DNA of 64,000 nt from positions 1-64,000 of the IMG/VR virus record IMGVR_UViG_3300042923_000601. One strand, written 5' to 3'. Position 1 is the first letter of the stretch. Each line of letters opens with the position of its first letter. The notes under the pieces are model-generated. The model searched no databases. It worked only from the letters and a program-made list of their open reading frames with translations, and was not told the DNA's origin. Made by a program: the position numbers and the translations under genes. Shown here piece by piece: positions 8,946-18,529 of the stretch.

Positions 8946-9662
8946 TTAGCAGTTATCTTTAACCCATTGAATCACTTCTGGAAGTGGATTTTCAATCTCT
9001 CCTATTGCAGATGGGTTGGTTTGGACAATCATCATTTGGATTTCCAGGATGTTGCTCTCCAGTGCCTTCTCACCAGCGGGCGTTTGCGTAGCGAGATATC
9101 GCAATACTTCTAGGCATGGGTTTTGAATGTCTTCTAGATATTCCGATTCCTCACTGAGTAGCGACAGCTGTATATCATAATCCAAGTCCTTGATGGAGCC
9201 GACTATGCTCCACGCCGCGTTTTTAATTGCAAGCTGTTGCAATTCCTTAGATGGGTTTTTAACGTTTTCAATATCAGGTGGGCTTTTTTCAATTAGAACT
9301 CTTAAAACTTCAGGGGATGGATCAGGAACGTACGACAGAAGGGAGTTTTCATCCATGGATAACTCAATATATCGTATCTGTACTCGGTCGCTAGGATTTT
9401 TGATATACGCAAACACATGGTGTGGCCAACCCATTGTTCTTTCCATTGCTTCTATTAAGAAGTCATCGCTCAGATGCTCAAGCTTTTCAATGATATATCC
9501 CTCATACGGGTATTCACTGATCGATTTAAGGACAGCTTTGTGTTGAGCAGCCTCGGTTTGATTCTTAACCAATCGAAAATTCTCAACATTCTCGTCAATT
9601 ACCGCAAACTGTTCTTCTTCTGTAAGTATACCGTCACGTTTAATAATTTCAATAGCATTCAT
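8946..9662 (-). CDS. Helical repeat protein (about 24-aa I-x-N-P repeats)
   Basis: Repeats IKNPSDRVQ, VPDPSPEVL, VKNPSKELQ, IQNPCLEVL, IENPLPEVI; GGAGGT RBS. Confidence 0.75.
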   Translation of the reverse strand: MNAIEIIKRDGILTEEEQFAVIDENVENFRLVKNQTEAAQHKAVLKSISEYPYEGYIIEKLEHLSDDFLIEAMERTMGWPHHVFAYIKNPSDRVQIRYIELSMDENSLLSYVPDPSPEVLRVLIEKSPPDIENVKNPSKELQQLAIKNAAWSIVGSIKDLDYDIQLSLLSEESEYLEDIQNPCLEVLRYLATQTPAGEKALESNILEIQMMIVQTNPSAIGEIENPLPEVIQWVKDNC

Positions 9663-9698
9663 TATATTACCTCCAATTTAGTGAGTTTATTACACAGA

Positions 9699-9708
9699 TA
9701 TAATATGT
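9699..9708 (-). promoter_or_regulatory. Putative early promoter
   Basis: ACATATTATA 37 nt before the 9662 start. Confidence 0.6.
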
Positions 9709-9775
9709 AATTCATCATAGGGTTGACCTTTACATCAAAAAAAACAGAGCCATCGACGGGCCCTGTTTTATGAGG

Positions 9776-10228
9776 TTAACAATTGCTGATAAGCCATTTG
9801 ATCACTTCCGGATGTGGATTTTCAAAGAGTCCGATCACTGCTGGGTCAGTCTGAACCGCGAGTAGCTGAATCTCAGGGGTCAAGTTATCCTGTGACGCAA
9901 TTAACATCGGGTCGATTTGAGCAAGATACATCTGCACCTCAGGGCACATATTTGTAATATACGGCAGGTGCTCAGGATGATTGGCAAGAATGTCTAACTG
10001 AATGTCCTTATGTAAATCCTTGATGCAATCAATTGCCGTAGGGTCAATCTTATACACCAGTTGCTGTAATTCCTTGGACGGATTCTTGATCTTCAAGATG
10101 TCAGATAAGCTGGTTCCAATACGACTGCGGACAACGTCTGGTGATGTATATTGTATGCATCCAGACACAATACGACCCCTCTTGTTTACAGGTATTCCGT
10201 TATGATCATTAACTTCAACTGCACTCAC
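9776..10228 (-). CDS. Helical repeat protein, paralog of 8946-9662
   Basis: Shares KNPSKELQQL, IKDL..DIQL and ENP.PEVI.W...NC with the neighbour; GTG start after GGAGG. Confidence 0.75.
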   Translation of the reverse strand: MSAVEVNDHNGIPVNKRGRIVSGCIQYTSPDVVRSRIGTSLSDILKIKNPSKELQQLVYKIDPTAIDCIKDLHKDIQLDILANHPEHLPYITNMCPEVQMYLAQIDPMLIASQDNLTPEIQLLAVQTDPAVIGLFENPHPEVIKWLISNC

Positions 10229-10267
10229 CTTGGCATTCCTCCGTTATCGTTGGTTTATCTACCTATC

Positions 10268-10277
10268 TGTAATATAT
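10268..10277 (-). promoter_or_regulatory. Putative early promoter
   Basis: ATATATTACA (contains TATATTAC) 40 nt before the 10228 start. Confidence 0.6.
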
Positions 10278-10333
10278 ACCTGAAACTATGATCGACATAG
10301 AAAAGACAGAGCCCGAAGGCTCTGTCTAATCGT

Positions 10334-10534
10334 TCATTTCTTCATACGATCTTTGAGATCGCGGCAGGTGAACTCGTCACAAGTATACACATCCATACCT
10401 TCGTTATAGTAGTTAGGACCAAGTACATCATTGATCAACTGGCTAAAATGCTTTCGAAGGTTGGCGTACTGCAATAACTGTATGCCAGTATCGGATGGTG
10501 GGCTGGGTTTGTAATTCCCGATTCGTATACCCAT
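10334..10534 (-). CDS. Hypothetical protein
   Basis: 66 aa, TAGGAGGG RBS; followed by a hairpin with a C-TTCG-G loop at about 10307-10327. Confidence 0.65.
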   Translation of the reverse strand: MGIRIGNYKPSPPSDTGIQLLQYANLRKHFSQLINDVLGPNYYNEGMDVYTCDEFTCRDLKDRMKK

Positions 10535-10555
10535 TGGTATCCCTCCTAGGGTTAC

Positions 10556-13500
10556 CTACCCAATATTTACGATATTGGACAGGTAAGGATCAGATTTCTT
10601 ACGATACACTGGTCGTACACCGATCTCTTCAAGAATAGGTGTAACCAGTGACATGTTCTTATTGACCATAGTCTCTACATCCATAATCGCAAGTATCCAA
10701 TCGGGAACTTCTTCCTCAAGAGGAATGGCGATCTGGGTAATACCTGTACGGAGCTTAGGGTCTTTTAACAGCTCAACCATCCGTTCAAATTCTTCACGGT
10801 AGTCAAGGGCGATTGGGGCTAAATCCTTGGCCGACTTAATAGAAACCTTAACGGTATGAATACTATTCGGCATAGTGATATCATTATCTGGGTATAGTGC
10901 ATTCCAGACGTAGGTCGCCTTGAAGGAACCAGACTTCATTGGGTCGTCATAGGAGTCAATGGTATTCACCTTAGACTCTGTCAGAAAGTCCTTGTTACCA
11001 GACTTCACTTCACCTCTGATCTTATCCTCAAGCTTGAGCATCTTACGGAGTGCCTCCTGAATATCAACCTTATCGGTTACGATATGCTCAAAGAGGGTAT
11101 CTTCGATGTGCTTACGGACATATTTCGGCCCAAAGGACACCTTCTTAAAGTCAAAGCCTTTAATGTCGCGCTTTGGTGTTTTCATGTATTCACCTTCACG
11201 CAGGATGATTGAGTTAAGGTAACGTTTCTTGCCCGATGCCAGCAACAAGGCTGTCATGCCAAACTCGTTTTTCATCTGGTAGCTACCGAACGGATGCTTC
11301 TCAGCATTGGTATCGACTTTGAACTTGTCAAGTGCACGAGTGATCAACTCTGTCATGATGTAAGCCACTGTATTCATGGCTTTCAGTCTACGACCTTCAT
11401 CGATCTTATTTCCTTTCGATTTAGTATAGAGCACTGTATTATGAACCGGCTCCATGTACTGAGTGAAGATTTTCATCAGATCATGGATGGTGATGATATT
11501 ACTGTCGGTATCAATGACAACGACATTGTTACGACGGATATTAATCAGGCGGTCAACCCGTCCATAGTATGGATAGTTGTACTGGCAATATTCCAGAATA
11601 ATATTCGTCAATTTCTTAAGGTACTTCTCACCTTCCTGTGGTGGTTTATTTGGATTCAGGAAGAGAGGGGCATTGATGGAGAACTTGTTGATCATCTCAT
11701 GGATCAGTGGGTTCTCTTGGATAAATGCGTTCAGGTTGGACTTATAATATAAGCGATTAAGCGCCGTTTGAGGTACATGTTCCAGTAAAGCATCGAGGAT
11801 ACCTGCATCAAAGTTCTTGATCGCAGTACATTTACGCAGCAGGCGTTCACGCACATCCGACTTGGTTTTATTTGATGCCAGAATCTCACCGTCAATATAA
11901 GATACTTTCTCACTGATAATATTCTCACAATAGTGAAGAAGCTCATCCGTGTCATAGAACTGAATGGTGTCACTCAGGAAGTCCTCAAAGGTAGTCATGG
12001 CCAAAGAGATAAAGGTCTGACCCTTAGAGGTTGTAGACTGTGCGACATGGTACGAATAGAAGGTGGACGATCTCGTTCCTCCAACCCCGTACGCTGAGTT
12101 TACGTATGTCTTTACACGGTTCTGCTTCAGGTTGTACATCTTAGCATTTTCAGTATCACCGACTTTATCATACTCGATTTCGATCTTCTTCAGAACCTTA
12201 CGCTTCTTTAGGAGATTGTCAGTGATGATCAGACCCGGGCTAATTGGCCCTTCTTCGTGACGTTTGAAGAATGTACCAGATTCAGTCAGAATCGGACGCA
12301 CTTCAAGAATCCAGTCTACGATATCAAGCAGGGTCGTATTGTATTCGATATTCTCATAGCTATTAAACAGGATGCAGTCAGTGTTCTTCACATCACGCTT
12401 ATACACCCGTTTAAGGAAGGAATCGAAGTGCGACTCGCTCTCTGGGTGAATCATGCGCATAACTTTCTTCATCTTAAATGACCAGAGATCATAGAATCCA
12501 CCAAAGGATTTCTTCTTGGTAACGATCTTCGGTTCTTTGATATTCCGGTACAGAATGAACTCTTTGAGGTATTCATCTGTACGACGGAGTCCAAACCATT
12601 TAATACCCACCTTGATATAGTCACGAGTTTCGTAATCATCCACGAACTCACCACCACGAAGGTGAGGGTTAACGCTATACTCAAGCGGAGATACCCGGTC
12701 AAGGATAATCAGGCGACCATGCTGAGCAGAGTCAGACATGTTGTTCACCAGCTTAATTGATGGGTACATTGCCGTAGCATCAAGGTCAATAAGGTCAAGG
12801 AAGATGCGATTGCTCCGTTCAGTACCGAACAGCGTCGCACCCACATTGTTGATACCCGTAGGGTCACCAACAAGTGCACCTTTAAGAGTTTCTTCAAATC
12901 CACTTTCAGAGACCACATCCTCACCAGCATCTTCACCGAAGTCAAGGTAATTGGCATTGAGGTTGTTTCTCATGACTTGGCCGTTCTCAAAATGTCCAAC
13001 GTTCCACAAGTTCTTCAAGCTGACCGTTTGCCGGTTGGCTTTATCGACTTGAGTACCGGAGTCGTAACCTTTGAGGAATACGTCGTCGATATCTTCAACC
13101 TTGCGCTCAATCCCGACTTGAGACCACACGTCCACCATCGAGTAGAGAACAAAGTTTTCGTATTCTTCAAGTGCAGCGTTGATGACCGTTACACCTTTTC
13201 TGTCAAACTTACGTTTACCGAGCTTGAGTTCGATTGATGCAACGTTATCGAGGCCGTTAGAGCCAAAGTCTTGACCGCCTTTACGTCTGGCAGCATAATT
13301 CAACATTTGGTCTGTATACTTGGTGTAGGATAAGCAGTTAAAGGAGTCGCCACGGTTCTTAAAGTCACTGATAAACCGCTCGTCCACCTTATAGTACATT
13401 TCCGTTTTACCGAAGTCTGGGTGACAGAACAACGCTTTTGATGGGAGTCCCAACATCGTTGCTCTCTTGTCGATATATGGAATATCGTAGCTCATATTCC

Positions 13501-14353
13501 AGATACCGGTGAAGTCAGGCTTAAAGGCATGCTGAAGCTTAAAGATCGTCATGATCATCTCAGCTTCATCGTCATACATCATGACGTGGTAATCAGCCTT
13601 ACCGTACTTTTCATCAAATTCATCATGCAATCGCTCCATGAAGCGTGGTAGGTTACGTTCAAACTCCGCCTGCTGCTTATACCGTTTGTGATCACGGAGT
13701 AACAGGGTAAATACTTGCGGGAGTTTGACATTAGAACCCGGTGGAATATAGTCATAAATCAGCGTAACCGCTGAAATCGGGCATCTACCTGTCTCGTGAT
13801 CATACTTTGACCGACCGTAGATGTCGGTCTCGATATCGAGGTAGGACTTTGTCAGTGTGTACTTCTTAGGGTCGTAATGAAGTGCGGCTGTTGTGTACAC
13901 ATAGTCTTCGATGCCGCAGTCAGAGAAGTAGGCATGACGCCATTTGTGTACTTCTTTCCGACCATTCCACTTCCCAATCTCCTTAGCATAGTCAATCGTT
14001 TGCTTGACCTTCTTATCTTCTTCGGAGTATAGGTGATTGGAGAGTAATTTATATAGGTACCGTTCTCTCTCCTTATAGGTCACGGTATGTTTATCGAGCA
14101 GCTCGAACGGTACGGCCTCACGAGGCGTCTTCCAGTCGTGCATATGCTCTTCTTTTGTAACGTATATATCAGTCTGTGGGTTCTTGATGATTTGGAGCTT
14201 CTTTTCTCCAGTGTCGAAGTCTCGATAGACGATGAATAGTTCATCATCGGAATAGCTTCCGTCCGGCATTTTCTTTGACCGGCTGTACTGCACATTCAGG
14301 ATTAGGACATTTGCTCCTTTTTCTACCCCATGTAGTAGTGGTCTTGGGTACAT
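10556..14353 (-). CDS. Family B DNA polymerase with 3'-5' exonuclease, single 1265-aa ORF
   Basis: ExoI YLDIETD, ExoII WNMSYDIPYI, ExoIII YSMVD; polymerase motif A DLDATAMYPS, motif B KTYVNSAYG, motif C IDTDS. Confidence 0.92.
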   Translation of the reverse strand: MYPRPLLHGVEKGANVLILNVQYSRSKKMPDGSYSDDELFIVYRDFDTGEKKLQIIKNPQTDIYVTKEEHMHDWKTPREAVPFELLDKHTVTYKERERYLYKLLSNHLYSEEDKKVKQTIDYAKEIGKWNGRKEVHKWRHAYFSDCGIEDYVYTTAALHYDPKKYTLTKSYLDIETDIYGRSKYDHETGRCPISAVTLIYDYIPPGSNVKLPQVFTLLLRDHKRYKQQAEFERNLPRFMERLHDEFDEKYGKADYHVMMYDDEAEMIMTIFKLQHAFKPDFTGIWNMSYDIPYIDKRATMLGLPSKALFCHPDFGKTEMYYKVDERFISDFKNRGDSFNCLSYTKYTDQMLNYAARRKGGQDFGSNGLDNVASIELKLGKRKFDRKGVTVINAALEEYENFVLYSMVDVWSQVGIERKVEDIDDVFLKGYDSGTQVDKANRQTVSLKNLWNVGHFENGQVMRNNLNANYLDFGEDAGEDVVSESGFEETLKGALVGDPTGINNVGATLFGTERSNRIFLDLIDLDATAMYPSIKLVNNMSDSAQHGRLIILDRVSPLEYSVNPHLRGGEFVDDYETRDYIKVGIKWFGLRRTDEYLKEFILYRNIKEPKIVTKKKSFGGFYDLWSFKMKKVMRMIHPESESHFDSFLKRVYKRDVKNTDCILFNSYENIEYNTTLLDIVDWILEVRPILTESGTFFKRHEEGPISPGLIITDNLLKKRKVLKKIEIEYDKVGDTENAKMYNLKQNRVKTYVNSAYGVGGTRSSTFYSYHVAQSTTSKGQTFISLAMTTFEDFLSDTIQFYDTDELLHYCENIISEKVSYIDGEILASNKTKSDVRERLLRKCTAIKNFDAGILDALLEHVPQTALNRLYYKSNLNAFIQENPLIHEMINKFSINAPLFLNPNKPPQEGEKYLKKLTNIILEYCQYNYPYYGRVDRLINIRRNNVVVIDTDSNIITIHDLMKIFTQYMEPVHNTVLYTKSKGNKIDEGRRLKAMNTVAYIMTELITRALDKFKVDTNAEKHPFGSYQMKNEFGMTALLLASGKKRYLNSIILREGEYMKTPKRDIKGFDFKKVSFGPKYVRKHIEDTLFEHIVTDKVDIQEALRKMLKLEDKIRGEVKSGNKDFLTESKVNTIDSYDDPMKSGSFKATYVWNALYPDNDITMPNSIHTVKVSIKSAKDLAPIALDYREEFERMVELLKDPKLRTGITQIAIPLEEEVPDWILAIMDVETMVNKNMSLVTPILEEIGVRPVYRKKSDPYLSNIVNIG

Positions 14354-14416
14354 ACATCGAACCTCCCTAGATTTTGCTTCAATTTCGTGTTTAGCATTAG
14401 CTAATATTCTAATCCG

Positions 14417-14426
14417 GGTAATATAT
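14417..14426 (-). promoter_or_regulatory. Putative early promoter for DNA polymerase
   Basis: ATATATTACC 64 nt before the 14353 start. Confidence 0.5.
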
Positions 14427-14435
14427 CAATCGAAA

Positions 14436-14447
14436 AACAGAGCAATA
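14436..14447 (+). promoter_or_regulatory. Putative AACA-N6-TR promoter
   Basis: AACA-GAGCAA-TA 28 nt before the 14475 start. Confidence 0.5.
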
Positions 14448-14474
14448 AGACAATACTCTAAGGAGGAGTGCATC

Positions 14475-15767
14475 ATGGCACCAAGAAAGAAAACACTTGT
14501 CGCTACGAGTGAAGAGATCGAAGAAGCTGGCCTGAAAAAGGACTTCTTCTCTGATCGAAGAAATAGTGACGGTTATATCAAACTATCGTTTAATGAATAT
14601 GGAGCGCAGCGTATGGCTCAGGCGGCTGAGCGTCGTATCGAGCAGCGTCAAGCAGAAATCGATCAGCTCCGTTCCCAGCATAAGAAATTCGAGAAACTCG
14701 AAGACAAGCTGGAGACGAAGGCTAAGGAAGAGAATAAAAAAAAGAGTAAGAAGGATAAAAAGCGGGAGAAGAAAGAGAAGAAACGTCTCAAGAATCTTCC
14801 GGAATCGTCCCGTATTCTCTTTGCTGCTGTCGAGGAGTACACTGACAGACATCACAAATCCAAGAAAGACAGAAAGAAAGAGCGTGAGGAGTTTGAAGGT
14901 GTTTCGGAGAAGGTAAAACCAAACCGGGCTCCTAAAGAAAAGACTCCGGAGCAGGAAGAAGCCGAGCGTAAGCGTAAGGAAGCAAAGGATCAAATGGACT
15001 TCGAAATGAAGTTCGATGAACCGATCACGCTTCATCGGCAAACCATTATTGAAGTGGACAAGACGCTACAGGAGATCAGCATGATGCTGGAAGAAACCAA
15101 ACTTTCTCGTGCTCGTAACCGTAACGTTATGATTAAAGACTTGCTATCAGCCAAGGGCTCTCTCCTCGGGAACCGTATATCTAGTGCCAATGGTATTGCA
15201 AGTATTCAGAAAACCAAACTGGATGCTGCAGCCAAGAAAGCGGATGCTAGTAAGGGTGAGCAGAACGAGAAGAACCAAAATATCAACCTCTTGGCCAAAG
15301 CTTTCCCTCAGCTGGTCTCGGGTGGTCTTGCGTCGGCTAGTGTTAGTGCTGCTGGTGGAAAAGGCAAGGGTAAAGATAAAGATGATGTTAAGGATGACAA
15401 GGATAAGGACAAGGGGAAAGGCGGTAAGAAAAAAGAGAAGCGTCGCTCTCAGGAAGATGACGATGACTTCATGTCTACCGCAACCAAACTTATCAAATCC
15501 GGCGACTTTAAACTCACCCCGCACGAAGCTGCTATTGGTATCGAGGGTAAGTATAAGGTTGCAATCAAGAAAAGTTTCAGTACACAAGAATGGAAGTTCA
15601 TTGCAATCGACCATAATGGTAACGAGATTGCGAACTTCAAGGAAAAGCACCCGGGTGTCCTGCCTAAGCGGAAGGATCATGATATTCGGTTCGATGACGA
15701 TAAAGATATTGCACGTTGCCGCCGAACAGATCAGATGTTCCAGGTCATTCAGGTTCCGTACATGTAA
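14475..15767 (+). CDS. Lys/Glu-rich hypothetical protein
   Basis: 430 aa with TAAGGAGGAG RBS; long charged and coiled-coil tracts. Confidence 0.8.
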   Translation: MAPRKKTLVATSEEIEEAGLKKDFFSDRRNSDGYIKLSFNEYGAQRMAQAAERRIEQRQAEIDQLRSQHKKFEKLEDKLETKAKEENKKKSKKDKKREKKEKKRLKNLPESSRILFAAVEEYTDRHHKSKKDRKKEREEFEGVSEKVKPNRAPKEKTPEQEEAERKRKEAKDQMDFEMKFDEPITLHRQTIIEVDKTLQEISMMLEETKLSRARNRNVMIKDLLSAKGSLLGNRISSANGIASIQKTKLDAAAKKADASKGEQNEKNQNINLLAKAFPQLVSGGLASASVSAAGGKGKGKDKDDVKDDKDKDKGKGGKKKEKRRSQEDDDDFMSTATKLIKSGDFKLTPHEAAIGIEGKYKVAIKKSFSTQEWKFIAIDHNGNEIANFKEKHPGVLPKRKDHDIRFDDDKDIARCRRTDQMFQVIQVPYM

Positions 15768-15797
15768 AAAAAGAGAGGGGCGATGCCTCTCTCTTTT
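15766..15797. terminator. Bidirectional terminator
   Basis: AAAAAAAGAGAGGGG-CGATG-CCTCTCTCTTTT between convergent stop codons. Confidence 0.75.
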
Positions 15798-16261
15798 CAC
15801 CCGAATCTTACAATACCCCGAGGTGTGCGAATACCATTAACCAGACTGGAATCACGTTTGAAGGTGAATACTTCATAGCCGGTTCTGGATAGGAATGTTC
15901 TATTCTTTTCATTATCTGTAAGCACCCAGTTCGCAGCCATACTAACGAACTCTGCAACAGGACCTTCTATAAAGAGCATATCATCACATTCTTGCGTGGT
16001 TACTTTGATATCGCCGCATTCTATGTAAAATAAGAGACGCTTTAAGTCATTAACTGAGAAGGTGAAACGATCTGGGTAGGCCGACTGCTTGAAATGTGCG
16101 ACAAGAGTTTCAAATACAGTAGGTACCCATGACTCAACAGCGTTACGGGTTTGGACGTACGTGTCTTTCCATTCAACCGTATGGGTAAAGACGTCCGAAC
16201 CGAATCGAACTGTGCATCCAAATGTAACGCCATAGTGATTGTGCATCATAATATCAAACAT
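15797..16261 (-). CDS. Hypothetical protein
   Basis: Start revised to ATG 16261 (CGGAGGT RBS, promoter cassette upstream). Confidence 0.7.
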   Translation of the reverse strand: MFDIMMHNHYGVTFGCTVRFGSDVFTHTVEWKDTYVQTRNAVESWVPTVFETLVAHFKQSAYPDRFTFSVNDLKRLLFYIECGDIKVTTQECDDMLFIEGPVAEFVSMAANWVLTDNEKNRTFLSRTGYEVFTFKRDSSLVNGIRTPRGIVRFG

Positions 16262-16315
16262 GTCAACTACCTCCGATATAGTGGGAATATGAGTACGGTT
16301 ATGCTCATTCGTGAT

Positions 16316-16349
16316 TATGATATATACCCACCGGACAGAAAAATTACGG
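16316..16349 (-). promoter_or_regulatory. Bipartite early promoter
   Basis: CCGTAA-N18-ATATATCATA, 55 nt before the 16261 start. Confidence 0.7.
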
Positions 16350-16384
16350 TTAAAAGGAGAACCCATTTAAGGGTTCTCCATTGT

Positions 16385-17137
16385 TTAGTCAAAACCTTTG
16401 ACGGTTTTGAATCCAAGTTGTTTCACCGCGTCAGCATCCCAGGATTCATCAATATGCATACACCAAACCTTTGATCGAAGAGACTTCGGAATCAGCCGAG
16501 ATAACTCTTCCAATGGCAGGTGTACATAACCGTTATATGAGAACGACTGGGTGTCTTGATAGATGTAGTCCAACTCATCCGACCGCAACATTCGCAGGAT
16601 CACAGGCGGAATCGACCGGCTGTCCCCACTGTAATAAACCTTAGAGCCTTTAAAGAAGTCGATGAACTCGAAGAGGTATCCATAACATACTTTCAAGTCG
16701 TCATCATGCTCAGTACGAACCGGTGTTACGATGATCCGTCCCAGCTTCTCGCCAATGGTGACGATATTGCGATGACCGCCAAGGTCAAGTCGAACCAAAT
16801 TATACAACGTACTCTTGACACCCATGACATGGAATAAGTTGAGTACAGATTGGGTGTCAGGTGTGTATATGGTAACACCCGGACGGAACGCTCTATCTTT
16901 ATAATACATATTGAAAATCAGAGTGCCGAGACTTCCGACGTGATCGGGGTGAAAATGGGTAATGAATACGTGCACGTGACTTATACCCTGAAGTACATTA
17001 TACCGTTTCAGTCGATCATATGTAGTTTCACCACAATCGATCATGAATAGGTCCTTATCATCAGGGAATTTTAAGTACGCGCCGTTATTACCCAAGCGTG
17101 TGTTAAAAGCTGATCCAGTGCCAATAAATGATAACAT
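16385..17137 (-). CDS. MBL-fold metallo-hydrolase (RNase Z/Apyc1-like)
   Basis: Start ATG 17137 after GGAGG; IGTGSAF, IDCG, THFHPDHVGS (HxHxDH), YSGDS, WCMH. Confidence 0.88.
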   Translation of the reverse strand: MLSFIGTGSAFNTRLGNNGAYLKFPDDKDLFMIDCGETTYDRLKRYNVLQGISHVHVFITHFHPDHVGSLGTLIFNMYYKDRAFRPGVTIYTPDTQSVLNLFHVMGVKSTLYNLVRLDLGGHRNIVTIGEKLGRIIVTPVRTEHDDDLKVCYGYLFEFIDFFKGSKVYYSGDSRSIPPVILRMLRSDELDYIYQDTQSFSYNGYVHLPLEELSRLIPKSLRSKVWCMHIDESWDADAVKQLGFKTVKGFD

Positions 17138-17224
17138 TGATAATTCCTCCCATACGAATTTATCTAATGTACGGGAAATAATTATAAAAAAAGAGAGGTT
17201 GCCGAAGCAACCCCTCACGTAATG

Positions 17225-17626
17225 CTAGTTTACACAGGCGCGGTTTTCATCCAGCCGTCTCTTAGCCTCACGCAGTAAAGTCATGAGTTCGTCATGACTA
17301 TCACCGACAGGGAAGATGTTTGAGTACGTACCGGGTTTACCAATCTCAGCCACATAACCATACACTGGATGTGGCGCAAACTTAAGAGAATTGTTATGGG
17401 CAAGGTGCATGGTTGTGGCATGTTTAGTTTCAACCAGACCCGTTAAAGAGGCGATCTGACCCTCACCCATAGAACCATCATAGCGCATATTTGAGTTTGA
17501 TGTTGATTCATAAATCGTTGCGATCATACCAACTAAATCACCCATATCATACAGTTCAATCGAAAGCTGCCATTTAGGATTTGGGCCGATATTCACTGAT
17601 CCGATGTACGTGTCTCCAACTGCCAT
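17225..17626 (-). CDS. Hypothetical protein
   Basis: 133 aa with AAGGAGGT RBS; TTCG-loop terminator at about 17193-17217. Confidence 0.7.
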   Translation of the reverse strand: MAVGDTYIGSVNIGPNPKWQLSIELYDMGDLVGMIATIYESTSNSNMRYDGSMGEGQIASLTGLVETKHATTMHLAHNNSLKFAPHPVYGYVAEIGKPGTYSNIFPVGDSHDELMTLLREAKRRLDENRACVN

Positions 17627-17902
17627 TTACTGAACACCTCCTTGAATTTGTACGGGCTGTGTTTCTACGATATTACAGTTACGAGCGGCCTTCATCTGAT
17701 CATACTCACGCAGGTCATTGATTACTGCGACGGTCTGATCATGGTATGCCCGAATAGGGCATGCTTTACAGCTGCCATCAAAATTAATACCACGGGTAGT
17801 GCAGATATTGCAGGATACTTTAAATGCCTGCACTGCCTCACCGATAGTAGAGCAGTCCTGTTGAGCCTGAATTGCGATAGTCTGGAATTTAGTTTCGTAC
17901 AT
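17627..17902 (-). CDS. Small Cys-rich protein
   Basis: CNIC and CKAC pairs; CGGAGGT RBS. Confidence 0.7.
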   Translation of the reverse strand: MYETKFQTIAIQAQQDCSTIGEAVQAFKVSCNICTTRGINFDGSCKACPIRAYHDQTVAVINDLREYDQMKAARNCNIVETQPVQIQGGVQ

Positions 17903-17972
17903 AATAAAATACCTCCGATGTAGTAGGGTTATGTAAACGAATCACCTACAACGTAGGGTCCATTTACATGAT

Positions 17973-18006
17973 TATGATATATAGTCGCTACCACAAAAAA
18001 TTACGG
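17973..18006 (-). promoter_or_regulatory. Bipartite early promoter
   Basis: CCGTAA-N18-ATATATCATA. Confidence 0.7.
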
Positions 18007-18048
18007 AAGTAAATCCCGGGCCACGCCATAGGCGCTCCCGGGTATGAT

Positions 18049-18525
18049 TTATTCGTGACGAAATAGTTCTCCTAAGAGTGTGTTCACCAAGGTGGCAATC
18101 TCTGTGTAGGAGATATTATACATAATACCACTAAGCTCAGACGGATTAAGCACTTCACTCCAGTTTTCACCATCAATAGACGCATGGAGCCCACCTTTTA
18201 TGAAGGATAGCTTGGCATCTGGCCAAGTATAGTTTGAGATGGAACTGAGGAGTAAATCCTCTTCTTCATGGCGGGTCTGCACCGTGCGAGTCACAAAGTC
18301 ATGAAGCTCGCCTGGTACGTTTAATCTGAGATAGAACCACATGGCGGTATGACCGGTGGATAAGTATCGATCACCCTTAACCATGTATACAACATCGCTG
18401 ATGGTGGTAAAGGTCCCGTTGAGAGCAATGTCCAAGAACGTTAGGATCGAGTCTGTCATTCGAGCCTTCTCAGCATCAATAGGCGGTAGTTCTAGCTCAA
18501 TATAGGAATGGATTTCACTCGGCAT
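18049..18525 (-). CDS. Hypothetical protein
   Basis: 158 aa with GGAGGG RBS, coupled to upstream gene. Confidence 0.7.
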   Translation of the reverse strand: MPSEIHSYIELELPPIDAEKARMTDSILTFLDIALNGTFTTISDVVYMVKGDRYLSTGHTAMWFYLRLNVPGELHDFVTRTVQTRHEEEDLLLSSISNYTWPDAKLSFIKGGLHASIDGENWSEVLNPSELSGIMYNISYTEIATLVNTLLGELFRHE

Positions 18526-18529
18526 ATTT

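Noticed and set aside
10556-14353. Intein in the long DNA polymerase
   Set aside because: No C/S start with HN-C/S/T end and no LAGLIDADG motifs seen; length is explained by the polymerase domains.
14583-15800. Hydrophobic minus-strand ORFs that look like membrane proteins
   Set aside because: They are the Leu/Phe-rich mirror of the Lys/Glu-rich plus-strand gene.
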